A stretch of 64,000 nt of DNA from Methanobacteriota archaeon (GTDB lineage Archaea; Thermoplasmatota; Poseidoniia; Poseidoniales; Thalassarchaeaceae), in assembly GCA_016845345.1 (NCBI GenBank), contig JAERSV010000080.1:8750-72749 (forward strand), read 5' to 3'. The position numbers and the translations under genes were made by a program. The notes under the pieces are model-generated. The model worked only from the letters and a program-made list of their open reading frames with translations, made no database searches and had not been told where the DNA came from. Shown here piece by piece: positions 1-9,469 of this stretch (its first letter is position 1; every line of letters begins with the position of its first letter).

Positions 1-668
1 TCTAATGCACGACCTGGCCCCGTCATAGACTCTTGACACAACATGCTACAAGCAAGTGGCCCAACTAATTCATCACCATGAATTGCTCCTGTAACTGTTA
101 CTACTGGCCCGGGACGAGCACCATGGATGACTGTGATTGGAGTATCCCAACTCTCACCAAGATTTACATCAAGAAGCGGCATTGAAATTCTGCGAATTGT
201 GTTGGGTTTTACCCTCTTATTTGCGATACGATGTTGTTTGGCTCCTTCAGCCCTGTCCCAATCCTTGCGTTTTCTCCTCTTTGCTTTGGACAGTGATTTT
301 TCAATCGTAGCGCGCCGCTCTTTCGGAATTTGATTACTAACTTTGAGCGTCGCCTTTTGCTTCGAAGTCGCTTTTGGCTTTGCTTTGGGCTTAGCCGTGG
401 TCTTCTTTGTCGATTTAGCCTCTGGCTTTGCTTTGGGCTTAGCCGTGGTCTTCTTTTTCGATTTAGCCTTGGAGGTTGATTTGACCGTGGCATCATTTTT
501 TGACTTCTTTGTGGATTTATCCTTGGAGATTGAATTGACCTTAGCATCACTGTTGGAATTTTTTGAGTTCGTTTTTGCTTTGGATGTGGATTTCGCCTTG
601 GTTACCTTATTTGCTACCTTCTTTGTGGCATCAATATCTGTAGAATCAGAATCATCAATTGTAGGCAC
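1..668 (-). CDS. Partial gene running off the window edge, with an AstE/AspA-family (succinylglutamate desuccinylase/aspartoacylase-like) zinc hydrolase domain from ATG at 182 downward. The same frame stays open upstream through a Lys/Ala/Pro/Thr-rich low-complexity region to a possible GTG at 668, so the start is ambiguous (ATG 182 or GTG ~668).
   Basis: Minus-strand translation from 182 gives MPLLDVNLGESWDTPITVIHGARPGPVVTVTGAIHGDELVGPLACSMLCQ. The G-x-H-G-D-E-x-x-G motif matches the N-terminal Zn-binding motif of the AstE/AspA family. A manual frame check found no stop codon in this frame between 183 and 674. The upstream part translates to KAKPKAKPEAKSTKKTTAKPKAKPKATSKQ-type repeats. Confidence 0.4.
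   Translation of the reverse strand, partial: MPTIDDSDSTDIDATKKVANKVTKAKSTSKAKTNSKNSNSDAKVNSISKDKSTKKSKNDATVKSTSKAKSKKKTTAKPKAKPEAKSTKKTTAKPKAKPKATSKQKATLKVSNQIPKERRATIEKSLSKAKRRKRKDWDRAEGAKQHRIANKRVKPNTIRRISMPLLDVNLGESWDTPITVIHGARPGPVVTVTGAIHGDELVGPLACSMLCQESMTGPGRAL
373..580. repeat. Tandem 48-bp repeat with two near-identical copies at 373-420 and 421-468, followed by degenerate copies. On the minus strand it encodes KAKPKAK-type repeats.
   Basis: Direct reading gives ttttggctttgctttgggcttagccgtggtcttctttgtcgatttagcc versus tctggctttgctttgggcttagccgtggtcttctttttcgatttagcc. All three frames are open here, at + 343..693, - 209..550 and the K-rich minus frame. Confidence 0.8.
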
Positions 669-793
669 GAAACCTCACCCATCCAAGCCGTAGCGACTCC
701 GCTAACCGTTGCTGATGGTGATTAATCAAAAAGCCGCCGATAAAAATCTCCTCAAAATCGTGTTTTACCTCCCTCTATACAAGGGCAAAAAAG

Positions 794-1294
794 ATGGGTG
801 GCCCGCTTAGCGGCTGTATAATGGCTGACGAAGAGATAGGCGTTCAGAGAGAATTTGCACCCTCGTCAATTTGTTTTGGCTGTGGGCCTGCAAATCAGCA
901 AGGATTGCAGATAAATTCAACAAGAACTGAAGATGGATTGGAATTGTGGTTCACCACTTCAGATGAACATCAAGCATTCCCAGGAATGGTAAATGGTGGA
1001 ATTATTGGAACTTTACTCGATTGTCATGGTAATTGGACCGCGGCGATAGCAATAATGGATGCAAATGGAGACAGTGAACCACCTTGTACGGTGACCGCAT
1101 CTTATTCTGTTCAACTTCGACGCCCAACACCGGCAAATGTTCCATTACACGTAACTGCAAGAGTAAGTGAACTCTCGGGAGACCGAGCAAATGTTGAGAT
1201 GGAATTACACGCCGAAGGAAAACTCTGTGCAAAAGGAAAGGGATTGTTTGTCGCGGTTACTGAGGGGCATCCCGCTTTCCACCGATGGAGTTGA
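794..1294 (+). CDS. Hotdog-fold thioesterase, PaaI/YbgC-like
   Basis: It has the CFGCGPANQQGLQI N-terminal motif and a GMVNGGIIGTLLDCHG core typical of PaaI-type hotdog thioesterases. Length is 166 aa. Confidence 0.6.
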   Translation: MGGPLSGCIMADEEIGVQREFAPSSICFGCGPANQQGLQINSTRTEDGLELWFTTSDEHQAFPGMVNGGIIGTLLDCHGNWTAAIAIMDANGDSEPPCTVTASYSVQLRRPTPANVPLHVTARVSELSGDRANVEMELHAEGKLCAKGKGLFVAVTEGHPAFHRWS

Positions 1295-1300
1295 AATGAT

Positions 1301-1828
1301 TTGGTAGATACATCACTTGAATTCTTGCGCTTTCGAGTGATGGGGATAATGTCTACAATGGAATCTTTGAATGAAAAAAACCTGCAACCCTTAGCAAGTG
1401 TTCCTTTGGGTAGATTACGCCAAAATGCGACAAGACTTCACGGGGTTTGCAGATTCAACAAAGGTGTTGACAAGCGCGATGTGAATCTTTGTCCGACTGA
1501 TGTCAGAGAGGTAGCACTTCACCCTGAATCTCTCAAGGCTGAGTGGTTGGAATACGCTGAATTTCTAATATTTCACGAGTTTCTTCACGCTCTTGGTCAC
1601 GGTGGGCATGATAAACAATTTAGGTATTTAGAGGCTCAATGGCCTAACAAAAAAGCAAAACAAATCGGAATTGATTTTGCAGTCCACTTGCGAAAGCGTA
1701 ATGCAAAATTTGCTTGGAAATGCCCTACTTGTGATTGGCAAACTGAACGTTCGGTACGCTCTGCGGGTCGCTACCTTTGTCGGAATTGTAAGGTAAAATT
1801 AGTTGATTGTGCTTTGAGGGTAAAATAA
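1301..1828 (+). CDS. SprT-like zincin metalloprotease with C-terminal zinc ribbon
   Basis: It has a HEFLHALGHGGH (HExxH) motif plus a C-terminal CPTCDW...CRNC zinc ribbon. It lies 7 nt after the previous gene. Confidence 0.45.
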   Translation: MVDTSLEFLRFRVMGIMSTMESLNEKNLQPLASVPLGRLRQNATRLHGVCRFNKGVDKRDVNLCPTDVREVALHPESLKAEWLEYAEFLIFHEFLHALGHGGHDKQFRYLEAQWPNKKAKQIGIDFAVHLRKRNAKFAWKCPTCDWQTERSVRSAGRYLCRNCKVKLVDCALRVK

Positions 1829-1887
1829 TGCTTTTTTTACACACGAATTAGAACATTGTTCATTACCACGAGGAGACTCCATTCTGT

Positions 1888-3882
1888 ATGATGGTGAAGC
1901 CTGCTTACGCAAAGAGGGGGGTTGCGACCAGTCTTCTTCTAGTTCTAATTCTTGGATTTATATCTCCAGCAACAACAGCAGAACTCTCACAATCAACCAC
2001 AACTCTCAACCTGGTTTGTCTGTCTGATTCAAGTTGCCTGCTTGATAACACTGAAATCGGTGTTGATGTGATGTCTCGCCAAGAGGATTCCGCGTCGCCT
2101 TTATCTCCAAAAACTGTGAAAATTGAATTTATCATGAATCCCGAGCAAAGTCAACTCGCGTTACTGCCGACTATGATTGATGAATTGGTTATTGATTTTC
2201 GTATACGCGAGGATAATGCAGGATTTAATGCACCTGACTTAGTCGTCGATTTTTGGGCTGGTCCAAGTAGCAATAGTTGGACACTTTCTGGTGGTAGTCC
2301 AACCTCACCAAAAGTCGGCACCTATCGCTTAGAGGATGCTGAATTAGACCTTTCTCGCGGCCGATTAGTTAGGCCAAATGATGGGGTTGGACTTTCAATA
2401 TCATTTGAAATTTCAGAGCCTGTAACTTGGGAATTATACCTTAGAGGCGAGTCTAGAATTATCATCCCCATAGAGTGGAGTGTAGACATTAGTTCAGCGA
2501 ACGTCGATGAGCCCAGTAGTGCAAGTAATCCGGTTATTGTTGAGGATGTGGAAACCCTCTCAAAAGGTGCACTTCTTGATGCCGACCAAGATTGCTTTAG
2601 ATTCCAACTTCCCGATCACCTAAGAGCGCTGACGATGGTCATCCATTGGACCTCGGTACCACTTGAGATTGAGCAACCTCACATTCCACCTGAGTTAATT
2701 CGAGAAGGTGGGAAAACACCGCGGAATCCGGCAGTCAAAACTACTTTTGAAGCGGGAAAACAGATTACCGAAATTTTCTATGAGGACCCTCCTGAGGGGA
2801 GTTATTTGGCTTGCTGGTCTGGTGAAAATAACCACTTTCAAGAATATTCATGGTTCGGAAGATTATCTCATGAAGGATTGGGGAGCGCGTCGCCTACACA
2901 ATTTTCTGGAGATGCTAATTGGCTTGCGGGTGAGGCTTGGGTTGGGGATGTAGAACAAACCTCTGAAACAATTGCCCCACATGGATTGATGTTGTCAATT
3001 GGTTTAATTGGAACAATTGCAGGATTATTGGGATATACAATCCCTAGCAATAACCCATGGTCAAAGCGTTATGTTCTTCCAGTAGCACTATTTTTGTTGA
3101 TTATTGGTGGGGTCGCTTCACCTATTGTCGGAATGACTGGGGAGGCACCACTCGCTGGTGAATTGACTCTTGATGAGGTGTTAGAGAATCGTATGGCAGT
3201 AGTTGATGATGCTGGGCAATCCGAATCAAACGCCAATGCTGCAGCAGGATTTTTTGGCTTAGAATCAGGTGAAATCCTATCACTGAGAATGCATATTACA
3301 GGTGTTCATCCAACTGGTGATGGAAGATGGCAAATCCACACCGAAGAAATGGAAGATATCAGACTTGATAGCTATGTATTCGGTTGGGTCAGTAATCATC
3401 CAATGGGTGCTACTGATGAGGTGAGATTCATATTGCAAGCAGGCCATTCTCTTACACTTGACTTACTAATGTTGGAGGCATTACTCGTAGTTGATGAGAA
3501 GCCTGCTGGCGAATTAGTACACATCGAGTGGCGAATGACTTCATCTCAACCTGCAGGATCAGCAACCGAACCAATTTGGTCGACTCGTCCTGACTCAATT
3601 TCTTCGTCAGATTGGAAAACCATGCAAGAGGAACTTTATCCAAAATTATTGACGATTTCATATTGTGACTGCGGGATTGATGGTATGGAAATTAGTTGGC
3701 TTTCAAGTGGTAACTTTGATTCCAATAGCATTCCACAAGTTGGGGGAATCACAGTTACCGAAGGATTGGTATCAAATGAGAAATTATGGCTCACTTGTGG
3801 TATCGGTTTACTACTATTTGCAGGCGGAATAGAATATTACAGGGTGAAAGCGGCTGAAAAACTTGCCAAAGAATTCCTTTGA
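1888..3882 (+). CDS. Hypothetical secreted/membrane protein with signal peptide, internal TM pair and C-terminal TM
   Basis: It has an N-terminal hydrophobic signal (SLLLVLILGFISPATTA) and TM segments near residues 370-410 and at the C-terminus. The upstream promoter-like GGGTAAAATAATG lies ~60 nt before the ATG. Confidence 0.5.
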   Translation: MMVKPAYAKRGVATSLLLVLILGFISPATTAELSQSTTTLNLVCLSDSSCLLDNTEIGVDVMSRQEDSASPLSPKTVKIEFIMNPEQSQLALLPTMIDELVIDFRIREDNAGFNAPDLVVDFWAGPSSNSWTLSGGSPTSPKVGTYRLEDAELDLSRGRLVRPNDGVGLSISFEISEPVTWELYLRGESRIIIPIEWSVDISSANVDEPSSASNPVIVEDVETLSKGALLDADQDCFRFQLPDHLRALTMVIHWTSVPLEIEQPHIPPELIREGGKTPRNPAVKTTFEAGKQITEIFYEDPPEGSYLACWSGENNHFQEYSWFGRLSHEGLGSASPTQFSGDANWLAGEAWVGDVEQTSETIAPHGLMLSIGLIGTIAGLLGYTIPSNNPWSKRYVLPVALFLLIIGGVASPIVGMTGEAPLAGELTLDEVLENRMAVVDDAGQSESNANAAAGFFGLESGEILSLRMHITGVHPTGDGRWQIHTEEMEDIRLDSYVFGWVSNHPMGATDEVRFILQAGHSLTLDLLMLEALLVVDEKPAGELVHIEWRMTSSQPAGSATEPIWSTRPDSISSSDWKTMQEELYPKLLTISYCDCGIDGMEISWLSSGNFDSNSIPQVGGITVTEGLVSNEKLWLTCGIGLLLFAGGIEYYRVKAAEKLAKEFL

Positions 3883-3931
3883 AATCACTCAACAAAACCG
3901 CCGTTAGGACGGAAGCGTTTTTTCTTTAGAC

Positions 3932-4591
3932 TCAATCAAAACTGCCTAAGATTTCATCAAGCATTTTCTTTTCTTCATCATCAATGATGCCATCTTCAAG
4001 AGCATCGCGGATTTTAACACGCTCTTCTTCACTCAGATTTGCTGCTTCCATCGCACCTTCAATCAATGCCAATTCTGCAGTTGTAACTTTTTCATCTTCA
4101 ACCGCCGCGTTAATTGCCGCTCGAGTAGCAATCCTCGCCGCTTGCCTTGGTGGAATTTCCAAAGCAGACGAAAGTAAAGTCAATTCATCGTGCTCATCCT
4201 GTGTGAGAACACCGTCCTCGTAGGCCCGATGGTAAGCCTCAAGCAGAAACCTCCCATACTGGTCAGGGTGCAAAAGTACGTCCCTGATTAACCCATAATC
4301 GACCACTCTCTTTGAGACAGGGTGTGATATTCCTAGTGAGGCGCGTATCTCTTTCACGGCCATGTCTTTCAAACCGTGCCCAACCCATGCTAAACCTAGT
4401 GCGATAACTCCCGAACCAAGCCACTGCATAGTTGCTGGTGCGAAAAGTGAGCCGGGGTGCATAAGTTGATTGAGTCCAATAACGATTAACAAAGAACCCC
4501 AAAACATCTCTAGCCAGTCGTTGACATCTCTCTCATCAGCGAGGTCATCTAGTGTCGGCCCGTCCTCTGTCATCGTTTTGACACGGTGCAC
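3932..4591 (-). CDS. Membrane protein with a TerB/DjlA-like C-terminal helical domain (tentative)
   Basis: It has two N-terminal TM helices and a C-terminus with a DGVLTQDEHDELTLLSSALEIP / EEERVKIRDALEDGIIDDEEKKMLDEI pattern reminiscent of TerB-like domains. Confidence 0.3.
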   Translation of the reverse strand: MHRVKTMTEDGPTLDDLADERDVNDWLEMFWGSLLIVIGLNQLMHPGSLFAPATMQWLGSGVIALGLAWVGHGLKDMAVKEIRASLGISHPVSKRVVDYGLIRDVLLHPDQYGRFLLEAYHRAYEDGVLTQDEHDELTLLSSALEIPPRQAARIATRAAINAAVEDEKVTTAELALIEGAMEAANLSEEERVKIRDALEDGIIDDEEKKMLDEILGSFD

Positions 4592-4793
4592 AGTAGCCCT
4601 TCAAACTATCCACATAATCATCCGGAATTTAGGCTGAAGGAAAGGAATCATGTATTGTCAATAGACAGAATAATTGTTCATTAGTTGTGAGGTTTATACT
4701 ACGTATAATTTTTTATTATTTTGATAATTTCTTGAGGGTAAATGTGAATTTCCATCGCTATCCTCTTGAACCTTGGTTTGTAGACTTGCTTGC

Positions 4794-7364
4794 ATGGCGA
4801 AGGAAAGGAGTGGTTCTCCCTCGCAATTCGGCTTGCCAAAAAAGTTGGTTGAGTTCCTTTCAGACACCTGGGAAATCACAAGTTTTCATCCACCTCAGAT
4901 AGAGGCCTTGCCAATAGTGCTAGCAGGTGAAAATCTGCTGTTAGCAGCGCCAACTGCAAGTGGAAAAACACTCGTAGCGCAGTTGGCGATTTTCAAAAAA
5001 TTGGTTGAAATTGAACCGGGTAGTAGAGCCATTTACATCGTTCCATTGAAGGCTTTAGCAAGTGAAAAAGTTACTGAAATGGAAGAACTTGCGGAACCAC
5101 TCAATCTAACCGTTGGTATTGGAATTGGGGACAGAAGTTCTGAAAATCGCAAGATTGATGATGCTGATATTATTGTTTGTACATCTGAAAAATTTGATTC
5201 ACTGCTTCGTAATCGCAATAATTTTCTCGACAAAGTAAGCATTGTGATAGCGGATGAAATCCATCTAGTCAATGATACTGGAAGAGGGCCGACGTTAGAG
5301 ATTAATTTAGCCCGAATCATGCATGAAAAACCAGATGCACAGATTGTTGCGTTATCGGCCACGGTTGGCAATTCTCAAGATGTGGCCGATTGGCTGAAGG
5401 CAAAACTAGTTGTCTCAAATTGGCGGCCTGTTCCACTGCGTTACGCTACATTAGCGGATTTACAAGTTGAAGTTAGAAAAGAAATCTGTGCAGATGCCGA
5501 AGATGTTCCACTCCCACCGCCTAAATTTCTTGAAGGACCTAAATCAAACCAAGTTTGGGCTGTACTCTGTGATACCATCAAGGATGATGGTCAACTATTA
5601 TGCTTCGTCTCTACAAGAAAGTCGGCCCAATCTGTTGCCAAAGATTTAGCAAAAAGAACGAAGGCTAATGCTAAAAAAAATAATGACGAGAAATCTCTAA
5701 AAGTTTGGAAAAATCTTTCTGAAAAATCCAGAACAGGAACGGAAGGTTCCCAAACAGGGGACATTCTAGCAGATTGCCTAGCCGGAGGAGTAGCCTTTCA
5801 TCACGCAGGCCTAACATCAAAGCAAAGAAAATTGATTGAGCAATCTTTCAAACGTGGAGACCTAGTTTGTATTAGTGCTACGCCTACCTTGGCTGCAGGG
5901 GTAAATCTTCCAGCAAGACGAGTTCTAATCCGTGACCTTCGCCGTTGGGACGGCAACGGCAGTCAACTACTCTCAACAATGGAGGTTCAACAGATGATGG
6001 GACGAGCTGGTAGACCTCAATTTGATGATTATGGAGAAGCGTGGATTCGCTGTAAGAGTATTCTTGATGCTGATGTGATGTCAGAATTGTACTTTGAATC
6101 AGAGCCAGAAGACATCGTCTCAAAACTACACTTAGAATCCCCAATGAGAATGCATGTTCTCTCTGCTATTGCAACCGGTGGAAAATACAATCGATTAGAA
6201 CTTGGTGAATTCTTTAGCCATACTTTCTTAGCCACAGATGTACCACCTGAAAGCCTCGCTGACAACATTGACGGGATTGTTGATTGGCTATGTGACCACG
6301 ACATGGTTGAAAGAATGGGATTAGATGAAAAGTTGGCAGCAACTATTGAATCCGAGCGCCAGCAAAAAAATGATGCTGAAACCGAAAAGATAGCCCAAAG
6401 TGAAATTGAGGAAGATTGGGATGATACCTTACCTCCTTGGGCTAGTGCCGCCTCAGCAACTACTGGCGTGACATTTGATAACAGCCCAGAAAAAGTGACG
6501 CGCCCGAAAAGGAAAGGAGCCGCAGTAATGGGTTTCCAGTCTGCATCAGATATCGTCAGAAGCAATCGGTTTGAGCCAGTTTTACCCGAACAAGAAGCTA
6601 TGACGTACAGAGCCACCCCTTTTGGAGAAAGAGTTGCACGACTCTACCTTGACCCCCTTTCAGGCCATGTCCTACAAGTTGGATTGAGAAAAGCGTGTGA
6701 GATAATTGCAGGTCTTGATGATGAGTTGACACTTTCACCTTACAGTCTACTTCATCTGATTTCTACGGTACCTGATTTCATGGTGCTCTGGCCACGTGTT
6801 TCAGAAGGTGAGCGATTACAACGGAGATTACTCTCTGGAGAATCTCATGAATTAATCACTCATGATTTACTGATGCAAACAAAATTGGATTTAGACCCAC
6901 TCGTCTTTGTCAAGTGTGCTGCTGCTATGGAAGCATGGATTGATGAACTTAGCAGTCGAGATATTGAAATGAAATTTGGAGTTCCTCCAGGTGATTTACG
7001 TATAAGGATAGAATTAGCCGATTGGCTTCTTTATGCAGGCCGTGAAATCACTCGATATGATGAGGGTGATGACGAAATACTTGAGCAACCAAGGAAACAA
7101 TTGATCAGACTTTTGGACGAATTGCGATTACGGATTGCAAACGGATGTAAACCTGATTTACTTGAATTAGTCGCAATTCGTGGTGTCGGCAGAATTAGAG
7201 CGCGCCGGTTTGCTAAGATGGGAGTAAGAACAATTGAAGATGTACTTGAGTTGACAGAAAAGGACAAACAAAGTTTAGCGGACCAACGTGGTTGGAGTCT
7301 CCAATTAGTAGATGGAATCATTGAACAGGCAACTAAAGTCAGAGGCGTCAGTCGCCGCAGATGA
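4794..7364 (+). CDS. hel308: Hel308/Hjm Ski2-like DNA helicase
   Basis: Motifs are Walker A AAPTASGKT, DEIH, SAT (SATVGN) and a C-terminal helix-hairpin-helix (IRGVGRIRARRFAKMGVRTIEDV). A ~100-aa acidic/low-complexity insertion (ESERQQKNDAETEKIAQSEIEEDWDD...) makes it ~856 aa rather than ~720. GGGTAAAT sits ~50 nt upstream. Confidence 0.85.
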   Translation: MAKERSGSPSQFGLPKKLVEFLSDTWEITSFHPPQIEALPIVLAGENLLLAAPTASGKTLVAQLAIFKKLVEIEPGSRAIYIVPLKALASEKVTEMEELAEPLNLTVGIGIGDRSSENRKIDDADIIVCTSEKFDSLLRNRNNFLDKVSIVIADEIHLVNDTGRGPTLEINLARIMHEKPDAQIVALSATVGNSQDVADWLKAKLVVSNWRPVPLRYATLADLQVEVRKEICADAEDVPLPPPKFLEGPKSNQVWAVLCDTIKDDGQLLCFVSTRKSAQSVAKDLAKRTKANAKKNNDEKSLKVWKNLSEKSRTGTEGSQTGDILADCLAGGVAFHHAGLTSKQRKLIEQSFKRGDLVCISATPTLAAGVNLPARRVLIRDLRRWDGNGSQLLSTMEVQQMMGRAGRPQFDDYGEAWIRCKSILDADVMSELYFESEPEDIVSKLHLESPMRMHVLSAIATGGKYNRLELGEFFSHTFLATDVPPESLADNIDGIVDWLCDHDMVERMGLDEKLAATIESERQQKNDAETEKIAQSEIEEDWDDTLPPWASAASATTGVTFDNSPEKVTRPKRKGAAVMGFQSASDIVRSNRFEPVLPEQEAMTYRATPFGERVARLYLDPLSGHVLQVGLRKACEIIAGLDDELTLSPYSLLHLISTVPDFMVLWPRVSEGERLQRRLLSGESHELITHDLLMQTKLDLDPLVFVKCAAAMEAWIDELSSRDIEMKFGVPPGDLRIRIELADWLLYAGREITRYDEGDDEILEQPRKQLIRLLDELRLRIANGCKPDLLELVAIRGVGRIRARRFAKMGVRTIEDVLELTEKDKQSLADQRGWSLQLVDGIIEQATKVRGVSRRR

Positions 7365-7951
7365 TATGGTGGGTAGCCCACAGCGGTGGCTTGATGGAAG
7401 AGGCTACCCCACCTTGGTTCAGCGCCTGGTCAATCAAATTTGAAAAACCCGTTTCTGATCCAAGACTTATTGCCGCGATGTTATTACAGAAACGAAAAGA
7501 TGAACGCTGGTTGTTATTGGGACACCCAGCACCTGTATCTGAAAGACACTTGTGGAGTGTATGGCTTGCACTCAGAGAGAGAGTGTTAGCAGAAAAAATG
7601 GTGAGCGTTTCCTTAGATGGTGAATTTATCCGATTACTTGCCCGAACCCATCAAATGAGCGTAGCGTTCAAGCGGGCAGGAATTCAAAATGGAGATAAAA
7701 AAGCCTGGTTGGTTCGATTACCAGAGTGGCACGATACCAATGAAGAAATCCAACTTGATACGGATGATGGAACACATGATGCTGACGCCTATGAATTGAT
7801 GAGTTGGTTAGATGCTGAATATAATCCTGAACGGCCGTCACCCTCTGAACATACAATTAATCGACTCGAGATAGAAAATGATTTGCTAAATTCAGGTAGC
7901 ACCATTGAGGAATTTATGATGATGCAACTTTCCCTTACTGATATTGATTAA
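7361..7951 (+). CDS. Hypothetical protein, translationally coupled to hel308 by an ATGA overlap
   Basis: The start ATG overlaps the hel308 TGA stop (agATGAtat). The 196-aa product has no recognisable motif. Confidence 0.5.
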   Translation: MIWWVAHSGGLMEEATPPWFSAWSIKFEKPVSDPRLIAAMLLQKRKDERWLLLGHPAPVSERHLWSVWLALRERVLAEKMVSVSLDGEFIRLLARTHQMSVAFKRAGIQNGDKKAWLVRLPEWHDTNEEIQLDTDDGTHDADAYELMSWLDAEYNPERPSPSEHTINRLEIENDLLNSGSTIEEFMMMQLSLTDID

Positions 7952-8017
7952 TATTCATTAAATTTAGATGAAAAATCCGTTGGGTTCATAGAGCGATGAC
8001 CTAGCCCCAATAATTGT

Positions 8018-8260
8018 ATGAGCCGCTTTCATGGATACGGATTATGTGCCACTTGTGAATCTGCAAATGCAAACGGGCATTTTTTAGATTTGAATGGTGA
8101 GCGCTTCTGTCTGCCATGCTATGTTTTGAAAGTCAATCCAGAGCACCCCTCAACTGCTGAGATGAAAGCTGCTAAAGAACTAGCATTAGCAACGTGGAAA
8201 TGTGCAAAATGGAGCCGGTCTGACTACAAATTGCCCAATGGGCCTCATTCAGTATCTTGA
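8018..8260 (+). CDS. Small zinc-ribbon protein
   Basis: It has a CATC...CLPC four-Cys arrangement and is 80 aa long. Confidence 0.35.
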   Translation: MSRFHGYGLCATCESANANGHFLDLNGERFCLPCYVLKVNPEHPSTAEMKAAKELALATWKCAKWSRSDYKLPNGPHSVS

Positions 8261-8261
8261 A

Positions 8262-9302
8262 TCAATCTCTGATTCCTTCGCCTGTCACCATGAAGACTGC
8301 TTCGCCTTCTGGCAAGTTTGGTGAATCGACTAATCTTCCAATTCTTCGGCCACCTTTTGATTTGCGTAAGTATAGACGGAATGTGCTTGCGTGGCCGACA
8401 ATATGGCCACCGATTGGCTTTGTTGGGTCACCCCACATTGCATCGGGCTTGGAATGAACCTGGTTAGTTACCAACACTAATGCATTACTAACATCAGCTA
8501 ATTGCTTGAGTTCCTTCAAATGCTTGTTCAACTTCTGTTGGCGCTCAGCTAGTTTTCCTCGCCCAAGGAATTCTGCTCTGAAATGACTTGTCAATGAATC
8601 AACAATGACCATCTTGACCTCGATGTTCTTTGCCATTCTCTTGATTTCATCAACTAACAACATTTGATGTGCGGAATTGTAAGCGCGAGCCACATGGATT
8701 CTCTCAAGGACCAGTTCTGGATCTAATCCATTTCCACGAGCCATTTGGGAAATTCTCTCAGGCCTAAATGTGTCTTCTGTATCAATGTAGAATACCTCTC
8801 CGCCAAGACCGCCTTCGGAAATTGGCATTGTGGCATTGACTGCTAACTGATGACCAATTTGGGTCTTTCCTGACCCAAATTCACCATACACTTCGCATAT
8901 TGCTTGGGTTTCAAAGCCACCACCGAATAATTCGTCTACAGCAACACTACTTGATGTTAATTTGAGCACTTCACTGCGCTTTTCAAGCAAAGCATTGCCA
9001 CTCAAAAATCCACCAATGTTTGCTAATTTTTTGGCACCAGCGATGATTTTTGCTGAAACTGCTTCACCAAGTTCTGCAGCATCTGCCAACGCACTTGGGG
9101 ACATGACTGCTATTGCTAACATGTCATCAAAACCAGCCTCTCTCAACTTCTCCGCAGTCGCGGGACCCACGCCTGGAAGGTCATCAAGTGTAGGCTCATC
9201 TTCGGGGACTTCTACCACCACCGTGTCCTCCTCTTCATCTAGGGAAACGTCGTCCACCTTCAATTCTTCTTCATCAATTTCTTTTTCTTTTTTTGCAGCC
9301 AT
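8262..9302 (-). CDS. radA: RadA recombinase (archaeal RecA/Rad51 homologue)
   Basis: It has an N-terminal HhH domain ([17 protein letters not shown]), Walker [17 protein letters not shown] and a RecA fold. The likely start is MAAKKEKE at 9302; the ORF extends to 9350. Confidence 0.9.
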   Translation of the reverse strand: MAAKKEKEIDEEELKVDDVSLDEEEDTVVVEVPEDEPTLDDLPGVGPATAEKLREAGFDDMLAIAVMSPSALADAAELGEAVSAKIIAGAKKLANIGGFLSGNALLEKRSEVLKLTSSSVAVDELFGGGFETQAICEVYGEFGSGKTQIGHQLAVNATMPISEGGLGGEVFYIDTEDTFRPERISQMARGNGLDPELVLERIHVARAYNSAHQMLLVDEIKRMAKNIEVKMVIVDSLTSHFRAEFLGRGKLAERQQKLNKHLKELKQLADVSNALVLVTNQVHSKPDAMWGDPTKPIGGHIVGHASTFRLYLRKSKGGRRIGRLVDSPNLPEGEAVFMVTGEGIRD

Positions 9303-9469
9303 TATCTCAACTCCTTCTTGGACCGACCTTTGATGGCAGGGGTATATCAACCAATTATGGAGGGAGTTAACCCGGTTGAAAGTGATTGGCTATGGTAAAT
9401 CACTATTTATTGCTCAAATTCAAAATTGTTCACTTTCAGTTTTGATTCACTAAAAAGTGAAACTGAAAT

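Noticed and set aside
343-693. Hydrophobic 116-aa + strand ORF and Arg/Pro-rich - strand ORF (209..550) over the 48-bp tandem repeat
   Set aside because: They are most likely antisense or alternate-frame shadows of the K-rich repeat frame. The low-complexity repeat keeps all frames open, and their composition (F/L/V-rich, R/P-rich) is what the other frames of a K/A-rich repeat would give.
5884-6616. Long antisense ORFs inside hel308 (195 aa, 86 aa), and similarly many 60-135-aa ORFs inside the giant surface-protein genes (29417-31591, 37737-39378 and others)
   Set aside because: They are fully embedded in well-supported long genes on the opposite strand or in other frames. Their repetitive Asp/Gly-codon antisense composition (M/V/I/H-rich) is typical of shadow ORFs.
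6340-6640. Possible intein or mobile insertion in Hel308
   Set aside because: The extra ~100 aa lacks intein splicing motifs (no C-terminal HN, no block A Cys/Ser context) and is low-complexity. It is more likely a lineage-specific linker.
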